From the NCBI GenBank assembly GCA_002269645.1, contig NIVC01000462.1, positions 1 to 44,585 of the forward strand: 44,585 bases of DNA, given 5' to 3'. Origin of the DNA: Macrostomum lignano (Eukaryota). Both the position numbers and the translations under genes were made by a program. The notes below the pieces were generated by a model that was given only the letters and a program-made list of their open reading frames with translations, was not told the DNA's origin and searched no databases. Position 1 is the stretch's first letter, and each line of letters opens with the position of its first letter. Shown here one piece after another: positions 11,698 to 22,477 of the stretch.

Positions 11698-13066
11698 TCA
11701 GAAAACGCGGAGAACGTGACCTGCACCACTATGTTGTAATTGTGTGTTGAGATTCGAGGTCTGAGCTTTTATGTGCAGGGCCTCGAGAATTCTAAGTTTG
11801 GCGTCAGTATGGCTTTGGTCAATGATTTTAAAGTGTTCTTCTGGTTTGCAGTCATTGCAGTTAGTGCATTCAAGGAGGTGAGTTTGTATAGCAGATGGTT
11901 TGAGCCAGTGTTCCCTGATCCTCGTGTGTAGGTGTCTTTTGGTTTTCCCCACGTAGGAGACGCTCTGGTCCACAGAGCAGTTAAATTGGTAGACAACACC
12001 TGCACGCAGAGTACAAAGAACATGCGACTTTAATCTGCTAACAAAGTTCCCAATCTTGTTCGTATGGAAGACGACCCAGATGTTACGATTGAAAGAGGCA
12101 AAGAATAACCTACGCATTCTGTTCTTAAAAGCTAGAGATGGAGGTCTGAGGAAGGGGAGACGCGGAATGGGTTCAAATTCTTCAGTGGTAACAGATTGCT
12201 CAGGTTTTTGTTTGGTGATTTTGTCCAAGATGAACTTGTTGATGATTTTTTGGACCAGACAAACGGGGTAGTCATTTTGTTGGAACAGTCTGGTGAGGAA
12301 CTGCACCTCCCGGTCAAAGTTGATCCAGGTGTTTCAGGTAGTGAAAGCTCTATGGAGCAAACACCTCATGAGCCCAGTTTTCCATTGTCTGGGGCAAGTG
12401 GCTTGGAAGTTGAGAATGAGATTGGTAAAGCTTTTCTTATGGAAGACTTTTGTGGAGAGGGTTTCCTTACTGTAGTCAATGTCAATGTCCAGGAAGGGGA
12501 GTCTTTGGTCAACAGCATGTTCAACCGTGAATTTTATGTTCTTATGAGTGGAGTTGAGAGCGTGGAGGAACTGTTTAATTTTTTGCTCCTGATCAAAGAT
12601 GGCAAATGTATCGTCAACGTAGCGCCTGTAGAATTTGGGGGCACAGTTGAGAGACATCCAGTTTTCGGTTTCCCAATGGGCCAAGCAGACGTTCGCCAGA
12701 GTGGGGGCCAAGGGGCTTCCCATGGCACAGCCATCAACTTGCCTATAGTATTTATTGTCAAACATAAAGATTCCAGAGGTAGCAAAGCCCAGGAGTTTTC
12801 TAAAGGACAACTTGGCCATGGTGGGAGGGTTCGTGTTGTACACCAACTCAGTGGCATAGTCAATGGCCAGATCAAGGGGGATGTTGGTGAAGAGAGAAAC
12901 AACATCAAAACTACATCTGTCGGAGTCGAATCTGTTGAGCGTAGGGTTGAACTTTTGAAGGTCATTGAGGAAGTCTTTGTTGGATTTGGACATGAAATTG
13001 GAAGGAATGCAGGGCTTGATAAGAGAATCCAGGTACTTGGCAACTTCATATTCGGCAGTACGAACT
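11698..13066 (-). CDS. Penelope reverse transcriptase + GIY-YIG endonuclease (5'-truncated; one in-frame TGA at 12336-12334)
   Basis: PLE RT motifs SFDVVSLFTNIP, GCAMGSPLAPTLAN, YRRYVDDTF, LPFLD and LLHRA, followed by GVVYQFNC..YVGKTKRHLHTRIREH..ILEALHI. The two listed ORFs (12334..13155 and 11698..12306) are in one frame, separated by a single stop (AFTT*NTWINFDREVQFL). Confidence 0.92.
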
Positions 13067-13070
13067 AAAA

Positions 13071-13623
13071 AAAAAATCATCAACAAGTTCATCTCGGACA
13101 AAATCACCAAACAAAAACCTGAGCAATCTGTTACCACTGAAGAATTTGAACCCATTCTGCGTCTCCCCTTCCTCGACCTCCATCTCTAGCCTTTAAGAAC
13201 AGAATGCGTAGGTTATTCTTTGCCTCTTTCAATCGTAACATCCGGGTCATCTTCCACACGAACAAGATTGGGAACTTTGTTAGCAGATTAAAGTCGCGTG
13301 TTCCTTGTACTCTGCGTGCAGGTGTTGTCTACCAATTTAACTGCTCTGTGGACCAGAGTGTCTCCTACGTGGGGAAAACCAAAAGACACCTACACACGAG
13401 GATCAGGGAACACTGGCTCAAACCATCTGCTATACAAACTCACCTCCTTGAATGCACTAACTGCAATGACTGCAAACCAGAAGAACACTTTAAAATCATT
13501 GACCAAAGCCATACTGACGCCAAACTTAGAATTCTCGAGGCCCTGCACATAAAAGCTCAGACCTCGAATCTCAACACACAATTACAACATAGTGGTGCAG
13601 GTCACGTTCTCCGCGTTTTCTGA
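13071..13623 (+). pseudogene. Inverted duplicate of the PLE C-terminal coding region (GIY-YIG endonuclease), frameshifted at ~13174
   Basis: ORF 13204..13623 is nearly identical to the C-terminus of the minus-strand protein; CTCGACC here versus CTCAGACC in the other arm. Confidence 0.88.
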
Positions 13624-13907
13624 ACAGTGAGTGACATAGTCATGCACGCTGTGTACACTTAGCTTGACGTTCAATTACCTAAGCTAGCTACCGCCCCTGA
13701 TTCTGCCTTTTGACCACTGGACAAGAATTGTGTACATTTGGTTTAACTTTCAATCTCAATCTATAATTCTCTCTCCTACCTACTATACCTATGTATGTTG
13801 TTAAAGCCAAGTTGTAATCAATTGTTTTCAATCTTACCCTACTTACCAGTGTACGTTGCAAAAACCAATATTTAATCAATCGCTTTCACTCTCAATTTCT
13901 CAAATCG

Positions 13908-13965
13908 TTCTAATAAAATCCTGACAATGCACCATGGCGTGCGAAACGCGTTGAAGTTGTTAGAA
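13908..13965 (+). ncRNA. Type I hammerhead ribozyme fold in the PLE 3' region (right arm), with G8>A
   Basis: TTCTAATAAAATC-CTGACAA-T-GCAC-CATGGC-GTGC-GAAA-CGCG-TT-GAAGTTGTTAGAA: GAAA core intact, GCAC/GTGC stem II, stem I pairing at 11 of 13 positions. PLE terminal repeats are known to carry minimal hammerheads. Confidence 0.72.
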
Positions 13966-15251
13966 ATTGCAATCATATTCAAATGTTGATATTAAGCTTT
14001 CTATTTATTCTTCTCGCCAAGCGAGCAACTCTACCAGCATTCTAAAATTTAAGAGGTTTGCTATAATGGTAAAATGTTGTTTTATTCAATTTTGTTTGGT
14101 TATTATTATAGAACTGCAATCTTTCATATTTGTATTTTTCAAATTTATTGAATGTTTTTCTATGCTTTTCTCATTGGGTATTTCATGAATAGGATTCTCT
14201 ATATTTATGTGTTTAAATATTCCAGTATAACCTATAAATTCAAAATAATCTGCATAAAAACAAAACAATATAGCAGTTTGATTTTTTATATATATTATAT
14301 TGATAATTTTTGGAAATGTAGAAAATATTCTTAACAAAATAAGTAAAAAATTAAAAACATGAGCATTATTATTTTTTGTTATGCAACATGTTTTGCCTTG
14401 TGTGAGGCATTGTCAGGCTCTTAAAATTTAGTTATGATTTATATGTTTATTTATTTATATTTAGCAATTTAGACAAAAATAGGTTGATGAAAGTCAGAAA
14501 ATATATAAAAATTAACAGTAGACTGCACACTCCAGCAGAGCACTCATAGAATTGCAATGAAGATAGAGAGATTTGCATATATATATGCACAAGTGTACAC
14601 CTAGATTACTCTAAGAAAGGCACTGGCACCATGATTGGCAAGTTGCTTGTTTAGAATTGGTTTATGCAATTTTATATATAGAGCGTTAAGCACTTTTATA
14701 GCCATTATATATTATTTATTATAAAGCTTATTTTTATAATAAGATAATATCATTTAAGGTAATAATATGAGTATATTGCAAATTTGTATTAGGTACATGA
14801 AAGCTCTTTAGAGATTTCCAGGAGGGGCAAATTTTTTGGTATTCAATGGCAAACAAAATATTGTATAATAGTTTTGTGTTTTTGTATAAACATAATAGGA
14901 ATATAATACATATATTATTATTATGTATATTCAATCAAGAAATAGTATAGATGACTTAGTTAATAGCCAATAAAGTTTTAAGTTAGACCTAGAAATCAAA
15001 ATAGCAAGGAAATAGACAGTCAAATAGCTATATAGACTTCTATTTAGAATATTGTATAAGCCAAAGTCCTTTAAGAAATTCATCATAAAGTGTTCGGACT
15101 TTGTCATTTGATTAATCTCTTCATCTGCTATCATATTTACTTTTCTCTAAATATAGATTAATCTGGTTCTTCTTATATCTCTTTCTCCTTCTTGCTTAAT
15201 TCTTATTGGCTTTTTAGCTTATCTCTTTCAATAATAATATATTCTACCTAT

Positions 15252-15563
15252 CCTTTTCTATGCCAAACTCATACTCTTCCCTTCCTTATCCATGCCAACT
15301 CATACTCTACCCCTCCTTATCTGTTCCTAACTCATACTCTTCCCTTCCTTATCTGTGCCCAACTCATACTCTACCCCTCCTTATCTGTTCCCAACTCATA
15401 CTCTTCCCTTCCTTATCTGTTCCCAACTCATACTCTACCCCTCCTTATCTGTTCCCAACTCATACTCTTCCCTTCCTTATCTGTGCCCAACTTATACTCT
15501 ACCCTTCCTTGTCTATGCCCAACTCATACTCTACCCCTCCTTATCTGTGCCCAACTCATACTC
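15252..15563. repeat. ~31-32 bp pyrimidine-rich minisatellite (CCAACTCATACTCTACCCCTCCTTATCTGTTC)
   Basis: About 10 tandem units. Confidence 0.9.
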
Positions 15564-16813
15564 ATGTTTTTTCTATGTGGACAGATAATACATGTTTTTG
15601 TTAATCTTATAAGCCAGATAAGTTATAAGTTAGTTTAATTTAAGATGCAGAAATTATTTATCAAATCAGATTATGCATTTTTTCTGGGGAATATTAAAAT
15701 GAGCTTCATTGCATGATTTGAAAATCTCTGATGTGCTACTTATGCTCTAAAGAAAGAGTAGTATATTCAGAACAGTTAATTTATAAATGATAGGCCAGCA
15801 ATTTTTTTCTGTGACTTTAATATGAGCTACTATTATTTATAATGCCCTATTTCATTCCTATAGACAACTTATTGGGTTTTGAATAGCGTTCCAAGTGTTT
15901 CCAAATGTTTTGGCAGTCCTTTTTCGAGTTTCTCCGGTGCAACTGTAGGCTCTCAAGTTAGTTCAGTTGACCGCTGGCTGATGCGCTGGCTCTGATATCG
16001 CTGGCTTACACGACTGCAAGGCGCGCCTGCGGCCGTGCTGATAACTGCCCCTGCCCCCCCCCCTCCGCGGTCAAAGTTCGCCCCAAGCTGCGCGCGCACC
16101 CCAGAGTGCGGCAGTCCCTCCGTCCCAGATAGCAGCGGCCTCCCTGTGCCAGGCTGCGCTGCTCTGTGACGCCAGTTCGCTAATAAGCGCGTGGTAAATA
16201 AAATAGTGTGCCGCCTTAATGCCAGTGCAATGTGATGTCAATAGGGACTGTTTTTGTTTAGTTCGGGCGGCATAGGCTAATATTTTGCCTGATAGCCCCC
16301 CCCCCAGCCTTCCCCTTGTCTTCTCCAGCTCGGTGTTTTGCTTTCACCTAATGGGGAAATGCTGAGCAGAGCTGGCACTCAGACTGCACGCTTGCAGACA
16401 GACGGCGCCAGTGTAATAAAAGTATGGGGAAGACGGCGCTTGAGGAAGAATGGCGACTGTCCGGCCCAGCCAGTGCAGATCGGGTATTCCAATAGCTGAC
16501 AGGCTGCGATATCTGCAACAAAACTGCGAGCAACCCCCTCCCACCCGGGCATTCCTCCTCCCCGTGTCCCTCCAGCCAGGCGAAGTGGCGAGCCGCCCGT
16601 CTTATTGCCTGTCTGCCCACCGCCTATCTGCTTCGCCCGCCAACCCCCGCCCCTTTCCTGCGCTATATTGAACGTATTTCATGATTCTAACGCCTGTATG
16701 CGCTGCTTCGATTCCAGCCAGTGCCAGTAGCCGCCGCCACTCTGCTGGTGCCTCTGTTGCAGGGCTGCTCCCGGGCCAGCCACTCGAATCCCAGCCAGCG
16801 GTAGCCCGCAGCC

Positions 16814-18752
16814 ATGGGCGGCGTGAACAGCCTGTGCATCGGCCGCTGCCGGCACCCGTCCGACACGCCGGAGAATCACCTGCATTGGCGCCGGCCGCCC
16901 CGACCGCTGCCGCCGTCCTCCCTGCAGTGCAAAAATGGAGCCGCGGCCAAGACCCCCGGCACTCCACTTCGTGTTGACGCGGGCGAAGCTGCTCCAGCCG
17001 CTGCCGAGTCCGACGCATCTGCCGTCTTCGGCGACCTTCAGCAGCCGCCGCCGTCGCAACCGACAGAGTCGCTGCCCGCCCGGCCAAGTCGCTGGTCTCT
17101 GCGGGAATCCTTCGGCGGCAAGTCCGGCAAGTCGCACCGGCGCAACCTCAGCGCCGCCTTCTCGCAGATCTCCAGCCCGGACGACCCTGACGATCCTCAG
17201 CGGCAGCGGCTGCCGAAGTTCGAGCTGCTTGAGCTGAACTCGGCCAGCGAGGAGCAGTTTATGACCCTGCCCGGGGTCAACCGGACCACCGCCGGCAACA
17301 TCGTGGCCTATCGACGCCAAATTGGCGCCTTTCGCCGCGTCGAGGACCTGGCGCTGGTGCCCGGCATCGGCGGCGACAAGCTGCGACTGCTGCGCCCGGA
17401 GGTCTGCGTCCGCGCCGGCTCGCCCTCTCCTCAGTCCGCTGCGTCGCCAACCTCAGCAAACGGCGGCGCAAAGCCGCTTGCGCTGAACTCGGCGAACCTG
17501 TTCCAGCTGATGCGCCTGCCGGGAGTCTCCCAGTCCACCGCCGAGTCCATCATCGGCGAGCGGCAGCGGCGCGGCGGCTTTCGCTCCCTTGACGAGGTCG
17601 CCGCCCTCCACGGCGTTGGCTGGGGCCTCCTGGCCGGCCTTCGTGGCCGCCTCTGCCTGGACGCCCCCGAGGAGGAGCCGGCCAGCGACCTGCCCGCTGG
17701 CGGCATCGGGCGGTTCAGCGAGTCGCAGCTCTGCCTGCTGGCCGAGTGCCGCATCTTCGATCGGCCGTACGCGCGGCCGCCGACCTGCGCCGCCTTCGAC
17801 GGCCTGCTGGCCGGGCGGCCTACCGTGCGGATCGCCGCCTGGAATCTCAACCGGCTCAATCTGGAGAAGGCCTCCAACCCGGGCGTTATGGAGGTTTGTG
17901 GGGCTGCCAATTTGTCCAAATAAAAGAAAATTTTACAAAAGTCTTATACTGTCCTGACCTTCCCGCCAGGTGATCTGCTGCACCCTGCTGGAGAACGCCA
18001 TCTCAGTGCTGGCTGTACAGGAGCTCACGGAGCCGGCCGCTCTGCAGCGCATCTGCGACGAGCTCAACCAGCCCAGCCTCCCCGCTGTGTTGCGCTGGCG
18101 CGGCGGCGACCGCGGCCACTGGACCGCCTGCGTCTCCGAGGCGCCCGTCGGCCGGGCCTTCCAGGCTGCCGAATTCGGCGGATTTCTCTGGCGCGCCGGC
18201 CCGCAGCTGCGGTTCCGCCAGGCCGCCCCGCTGGAGAAGCCCGGCGCTGGCGGTCGCGCATTCACGCGCAGTCCGTTTGTTGCGCAGCTGTCCATCGGCG
18301 GCTGCCGCCTCCTGGCTGCCAGCCTGCATTTGAAGGCGACGACGCTTGGCGGCGACTCCGCCGGCACCGCTCGCACCGAGTCCGAGGCCGACTTCCTGCC
18401 CGACCTCGCCGACGCCCTCGCCTCCGTCGCCGGCTCCGACGCCCGCTGCCTGCTTCTCGGCGACTTCAACCTGGCGCCCGACCACGCCGCTTTCGAGCCG
18501 CTCCGCCTGATGGGTTACTCCGGTCTGCTGGCCGCTGACGAGCCAACCAACATCAGCCGCGAGTGCCCGGCCGGCAGCCGCTCCTATGACAACCTGTGGG
18601 CCAGTCCGCTGTGCAAGCGGCTCTTCACCGGCCAGGCTGCCGTGGTCCGCAACGGCCTTTTTCACCCGCTCATCCCCGCCAACTGGAGCTTCGGCGGCCC
18701 CGTCAGCGACCACTGCCCGGTGTACGCCGAGTTCTACTCTGATGCTGAGTAG
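16814..18752 (+). CDS. EEPD1: Endonuclease/exonuclease/phosphatase family domain-containing protein 1 (HhH motifs + EEP domain), 620 aa; exons 16814-17893 and 17970-18752
   Basis: N-terminal MGG..C (myristoylation-like). Two HhH regions (LELNSASEEQFMTLPGV; LALNSANLFQLMRLPGV). EEP motifs RIAAWNL, NPGVMEV|VICCTLLENAISVLAVQEL, LLGDFN, YDNLW and VSDHCPVYAEFY. The 76-bp phase-0 GT-AG intron joins the exons in frame. Confidence 0.95.
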
Positions 18753-18755
18753 CCA

Positions 18756-18858
18756 GGCTGGGGGCTGTGAGCAGTCAGTTATGAGCAGTAGGCTGGGGAC
18801 TGTGAGCAGTCAGTTATGAGCAGTAGACTGGGGACTGTGAGCAGTCAGTTATGAGCAG
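18756..18858. repeat. 35-bp tandem repeat, ~3 copies, immediately after the EEPD1 stop
   Basis: TGTGAGCAGTC at 18766, 18801 and 18836. Confidence 0.88.
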
Positions 18859-18948
18859 TGGGCAGTCAGTGACAACGATATGAGCTGTGACCAGTATGCT
18901 GTGAGATACCAGTACGGAAAGAACGAGTGTGTAGGTGCTAGGGCACAT

Positions 18949-19289
18949 GTGACCAGTCAGCGGTGACAGTGGCAGTGACCAGTCAGATGTGACAGTGGCA
19001 GTGACCAGTCAGATGTGACAGTGGCAGTGACCAGTCAGCTGTGACAGTGGGCAGTTACCAGTCAGCTGTGACAGTGGGCAGTGACCAGTCAGCTGTGACA
19101 GTGGGCAGTTACCAGTCAGCTGTGACAGTGGGCAGTGACCAGTCAGCTGTGACAGTGGCAGTGATTAGTCAGTTGTGACAGTGGGCAGTGACCAGTCAGC
19201 TGTGACAGTGGGCAGTGACCAGTCAGCTGTGACAGTGGGCAGTGACCAGTCAGCTGTGACAGTGGCAGTGACCAGTCAGCTGTGACAGT
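18949..19289. repeat. 26-27 bp minisatellite (GTGACCAGTCAGCTGTGACAGTGGGCA)
   Basis: About 13 tandem units. Confidence 0.92.
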
Positions 19290-19986
19290 CGCAGGAACTG
19301 GTAAGGGCTGCTGGGGTGTCGCAGGCTCAATAGTACATGATTAATGCAATTATTTGTTGTTACATGAAATTCACTCTAACTGTACACACTTGCAAATCCC
19401 ACGTTGGCTTTGACATGCGGGCTTATATTGCGTATTCTAATTATAATGCACTTTTATATGAAGCTGGTTTTAAATTGCAAGGCTGTTCTCATCTAAAGCT
19501 CATTGTGATGCCTTTCAAGTAAATTTTTAAGTATTTAATTTTCTGCGGTACGTGCTAGATGTACAAACCATATTTCCAGTGCGAATTCTGCGCATATTGG
19601 TACGAGCTAAAGCGATTTTGCGCTGCTAATTCTGGTCTCCAGGCGGAACCAGCGCGTCTTCCTCTCTCTCTCTCTCTCTCTAGAAATCACCGATTCAAAT
19701 GCCAAATCCTGTGCTCTGCTTTTCCGCTTTTTACCTTTGAATCATTGCCTTTTATAATCAGTCAACTTGTACATCTCTGACTTAATTATGGATGATGCTA
19801 TTTTTATTGTCTGTGCCAGACTCCCATGTTGCCTCATCTTGCTTTATTCTGCGCTTTGCCCACCTGTCCCTGCCCCCGCCCCGCCCTCCACCTGTCTACG
19901 GAGCCAAATATACAGCAATTAGCTCACCGACCCGCCTGTCTGCGGCTTGCGATTCTTTCTCGGCGATTCAGTGTAGTCATAAACCG

Positions 19987-21122
19987 GTGCAGGGATGGTC
20001 ATACTCCAGTGCAGGGATGGTCATACTCCAGTGCAGGGATGGTCATACACCAGTGCAGGGATGGTCATACACCAGTGCAGGGATGGTCATACACCAGTGC
20101 AGGGATGGTCATACTCCAGTGCAGGGATAGTCATACACCAGTGCAGGGATGGTCATACACCAGTGCAGGGATGGTCATACACCAGTGCAGGGATGGTCAT
20201 ACCCCAATGCAGGCATGGTCATACCCCAATGCAGGCATGGTCATACTCCAGTGCAGGCATGGTCATACTCCAGTGCAGGCATGGTCATACTCCAGTGCAG
20301 GCATGGTCATACTCCTGTGCAGGCATGGTCATACTCCAGTGCAGGCATGGTCATACTCATACTCCAGTGCAGGCATGGTCATACCCAAGTGCAGGGATGG
20401 TCATACACCAGTGCAGGCATGGTCATACTCCAGTGCAGGCATGGTCATACTCCAGTGCAGGCATGGTCATACTCCAGTGCAGGGATAGTCATACACCAGT
20501 GCAGGGATGGTCATACACCAGTGCAGGCATGGTCATACCCCAATGCAGGCATGGTCATACCCCAATGCAGGCATGGTCATACTCCAGTGCAGGCATGGTC
20601 ATACACCAGTGCAGGGATGGTCATACACCAGTGCAGGGATGGTCATACACCAGTGCAGGGATGGTCATACCCCAATGCAGGCATGGTCATACCCCAATGC
20701 AGGCATGGTCATACTCCAGTGCAGGCATGGTCATACTCCAGTGCAGGCATGGTCATACTCCTGTGCAGGCATGGTCATACTCCAGTGCAGGCATGGTCAT
20801 ACTCATACTCCAGTGCAGGCATGGTCATACCCAAGTGCAGGGATGGTCATACACCAGTGCAGGCATGGTCATACTCCAGTGCAGGCATGGTCATACTCCA
20901 GTGCAGGCATGGTCATACTCCTGTGCAGGCATGGTCATACTCCAGTGCAGGCATGGTCATACTCCAGTGCAGGCATGGTCATACTCATACTCCAGTGCAG
21001 GCATGGTCATACCCAAGTGCAGGGATGGTCATACACCAGTGCAGGCATGGTCATACCCAAGTGCAGGGATGGTCATACACCAGTGCAGGCATGGTCATAC
21101 CCAAGTGCAGGGATGGTCATAG
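19987..21122. repeat. 22-bp minisatellite (GCAGGGATGGTCATACTCCAGT and variants)
   Basis: About 50 units with recurring variant order; source of the spurious ORFs between 19826 and 21147. Confidence 0.96.
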
Positions 21123-21706
21123 ACTTGGGCTTATAAAGCGGTCATAGATAAATATATAGAAACAGACATATTCTTATTAGATTCATAGAAATAGTCATAG
21201 ACTGTGGTGTGAATTTACATGTGTTCAGCATCAAAGTATTTGCTGCACTGTAGACAGCTCTGTTAATCACTGCGGCTGTTTTGCGCAGGCCTGATACAGA
21301 GCTGCTAAGTGCATTTAGTGAGCGCTCACTCAGTTAACCTCTGCTCTGTGCCGTGCTGCCGTATCAGCGTCCCCCCCCCCCCCGTGGCCCCTCTGCCATC
21401 GCGCCAGGCGCTGAAATTCCATTTAATTCGATCGAACGACATTTCCTTAGCTGTGCTCTTCTGTGCTTAGGGGCGCTGGTCACTGCTGCGCTGTCAACTT
21501 TAATTGGCCTTTTAATTATCGCCCGATTTTCCACTGGCGTCAAAAGGCTTGCTGTGGCCTTGCAATGTGTCATCGAATATTTATTCTTACGTAATTTCGT
21601 TATCTTTTTAGTTCAGTTTATTTATAGGGTGAACTCTTGGAATTAGCATATGCTATAATAGGAATGACCAGCCTGGGGTGGAACTTGTCAATAGATTATA
21701 ATAAAA

Positions 21707-22135
21707 GTGGTCATGTACTACAGTGGAGGTGGTCATAGATTAGAATGGAAGTGGTCATAGATTAGAATGGAAGTGGTCATAGATTAGAATGGAAGTGGTC
21801 ATGTACTACCGTGGAGGTGGTCATAAATTAAAATGGAAGTAGTCATAGATTAGAATGGAAGTGGTCATGTACTACAGTGGAGGTGGTCATAGATTAGAAT
21901 GGGAGTGACCATAGATTATAATGGGAGTGACCATAGATTATAATGGGAGTGACCATAGATTATAATGGGAGTGGCCATAGATTAGAATGGAAGTGGTCAT
22001 AAATTAGAATGAGAGTGGTCATAGATTGGAATGAGGGTGGCCATAGATTAGAATGGAAGTGGTCAGATTAGAATGAGAGTGGTCATAGATTAGAGTGGAA
22101 TAGTGATAGATTGGAATGGGAATGGTCATGGACTA
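21707..22135. repeat. Degenerate 22-bp minisatellite (AGTGGTCATAGATTAGAATGGA) upstream of CDK5
   Basis: GTGGTCAT at 21751 and 21773, continuing with the same period. Confidence 0.9.
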
Positions 22136-22477
22136 GAAATATATATTGGTCATACAGTAGAACGGGAATACTTATTCAATAAAAATTTTTGTGGTCATAC
22201 GCTACGAAGTGAATGGTCATAGGCTAGAATGTAAATAAGAACGCACTATTATGAAAAAGATCATGCAGTAGCCTTTAAAAGTCAAAGCAGCAACTTTCAT
22301 CGATCATGGGAAACCTCGCGAACTTTATTTCTGCTTAAATTTTGCTCATATCGCAAGCTCTCTGAGAAGTCGTGCTCAACGCCGCCGGGCCTCTTTCAGC
22401 AACAGCCCGACTCCAGAGCCGCAAGCAGAGTCACGTGACCCCCCAGCCAGCCAGTCCCGCCCCTCTTCGGCGACAAG

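Larger units (their letters stand above)
11320..14002 (-). mobile_element. Penelope-like retroelement (PLE), 5'-truncated, preceded by an inverted copy of its 3' 932 bp (arms 11320-12251 and 13071-14002)
   Basis: Minus-strand RT plus GIY-YIG ORF. The arms are reverse complements differing by 13 substitutions and 2 one-base indels. Possible 5-bp TSD ATTTA (11315-11319 / 14003-14007), weak because the flanks are AT-rich. Confidence 0.93.

Noticed and set aside
12196-13068. 290-aa plus-strand ORF
   Set aside because: Antisense shadow of the Penelope RT; no recognisable motifs.
19826-21147. Long His/Cys-rich repetitive ORFs (e.g. 375 aa)
   Set aside because: Translations of a 22-bp minisatellite cycling through frames; no splice context or unique domain.
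21353-21646. 97-aa ORF with a hydrophobic stretch
   Set aside because: GTG start, no splice partners, no recognisable family, and codon style unlike the real exons.
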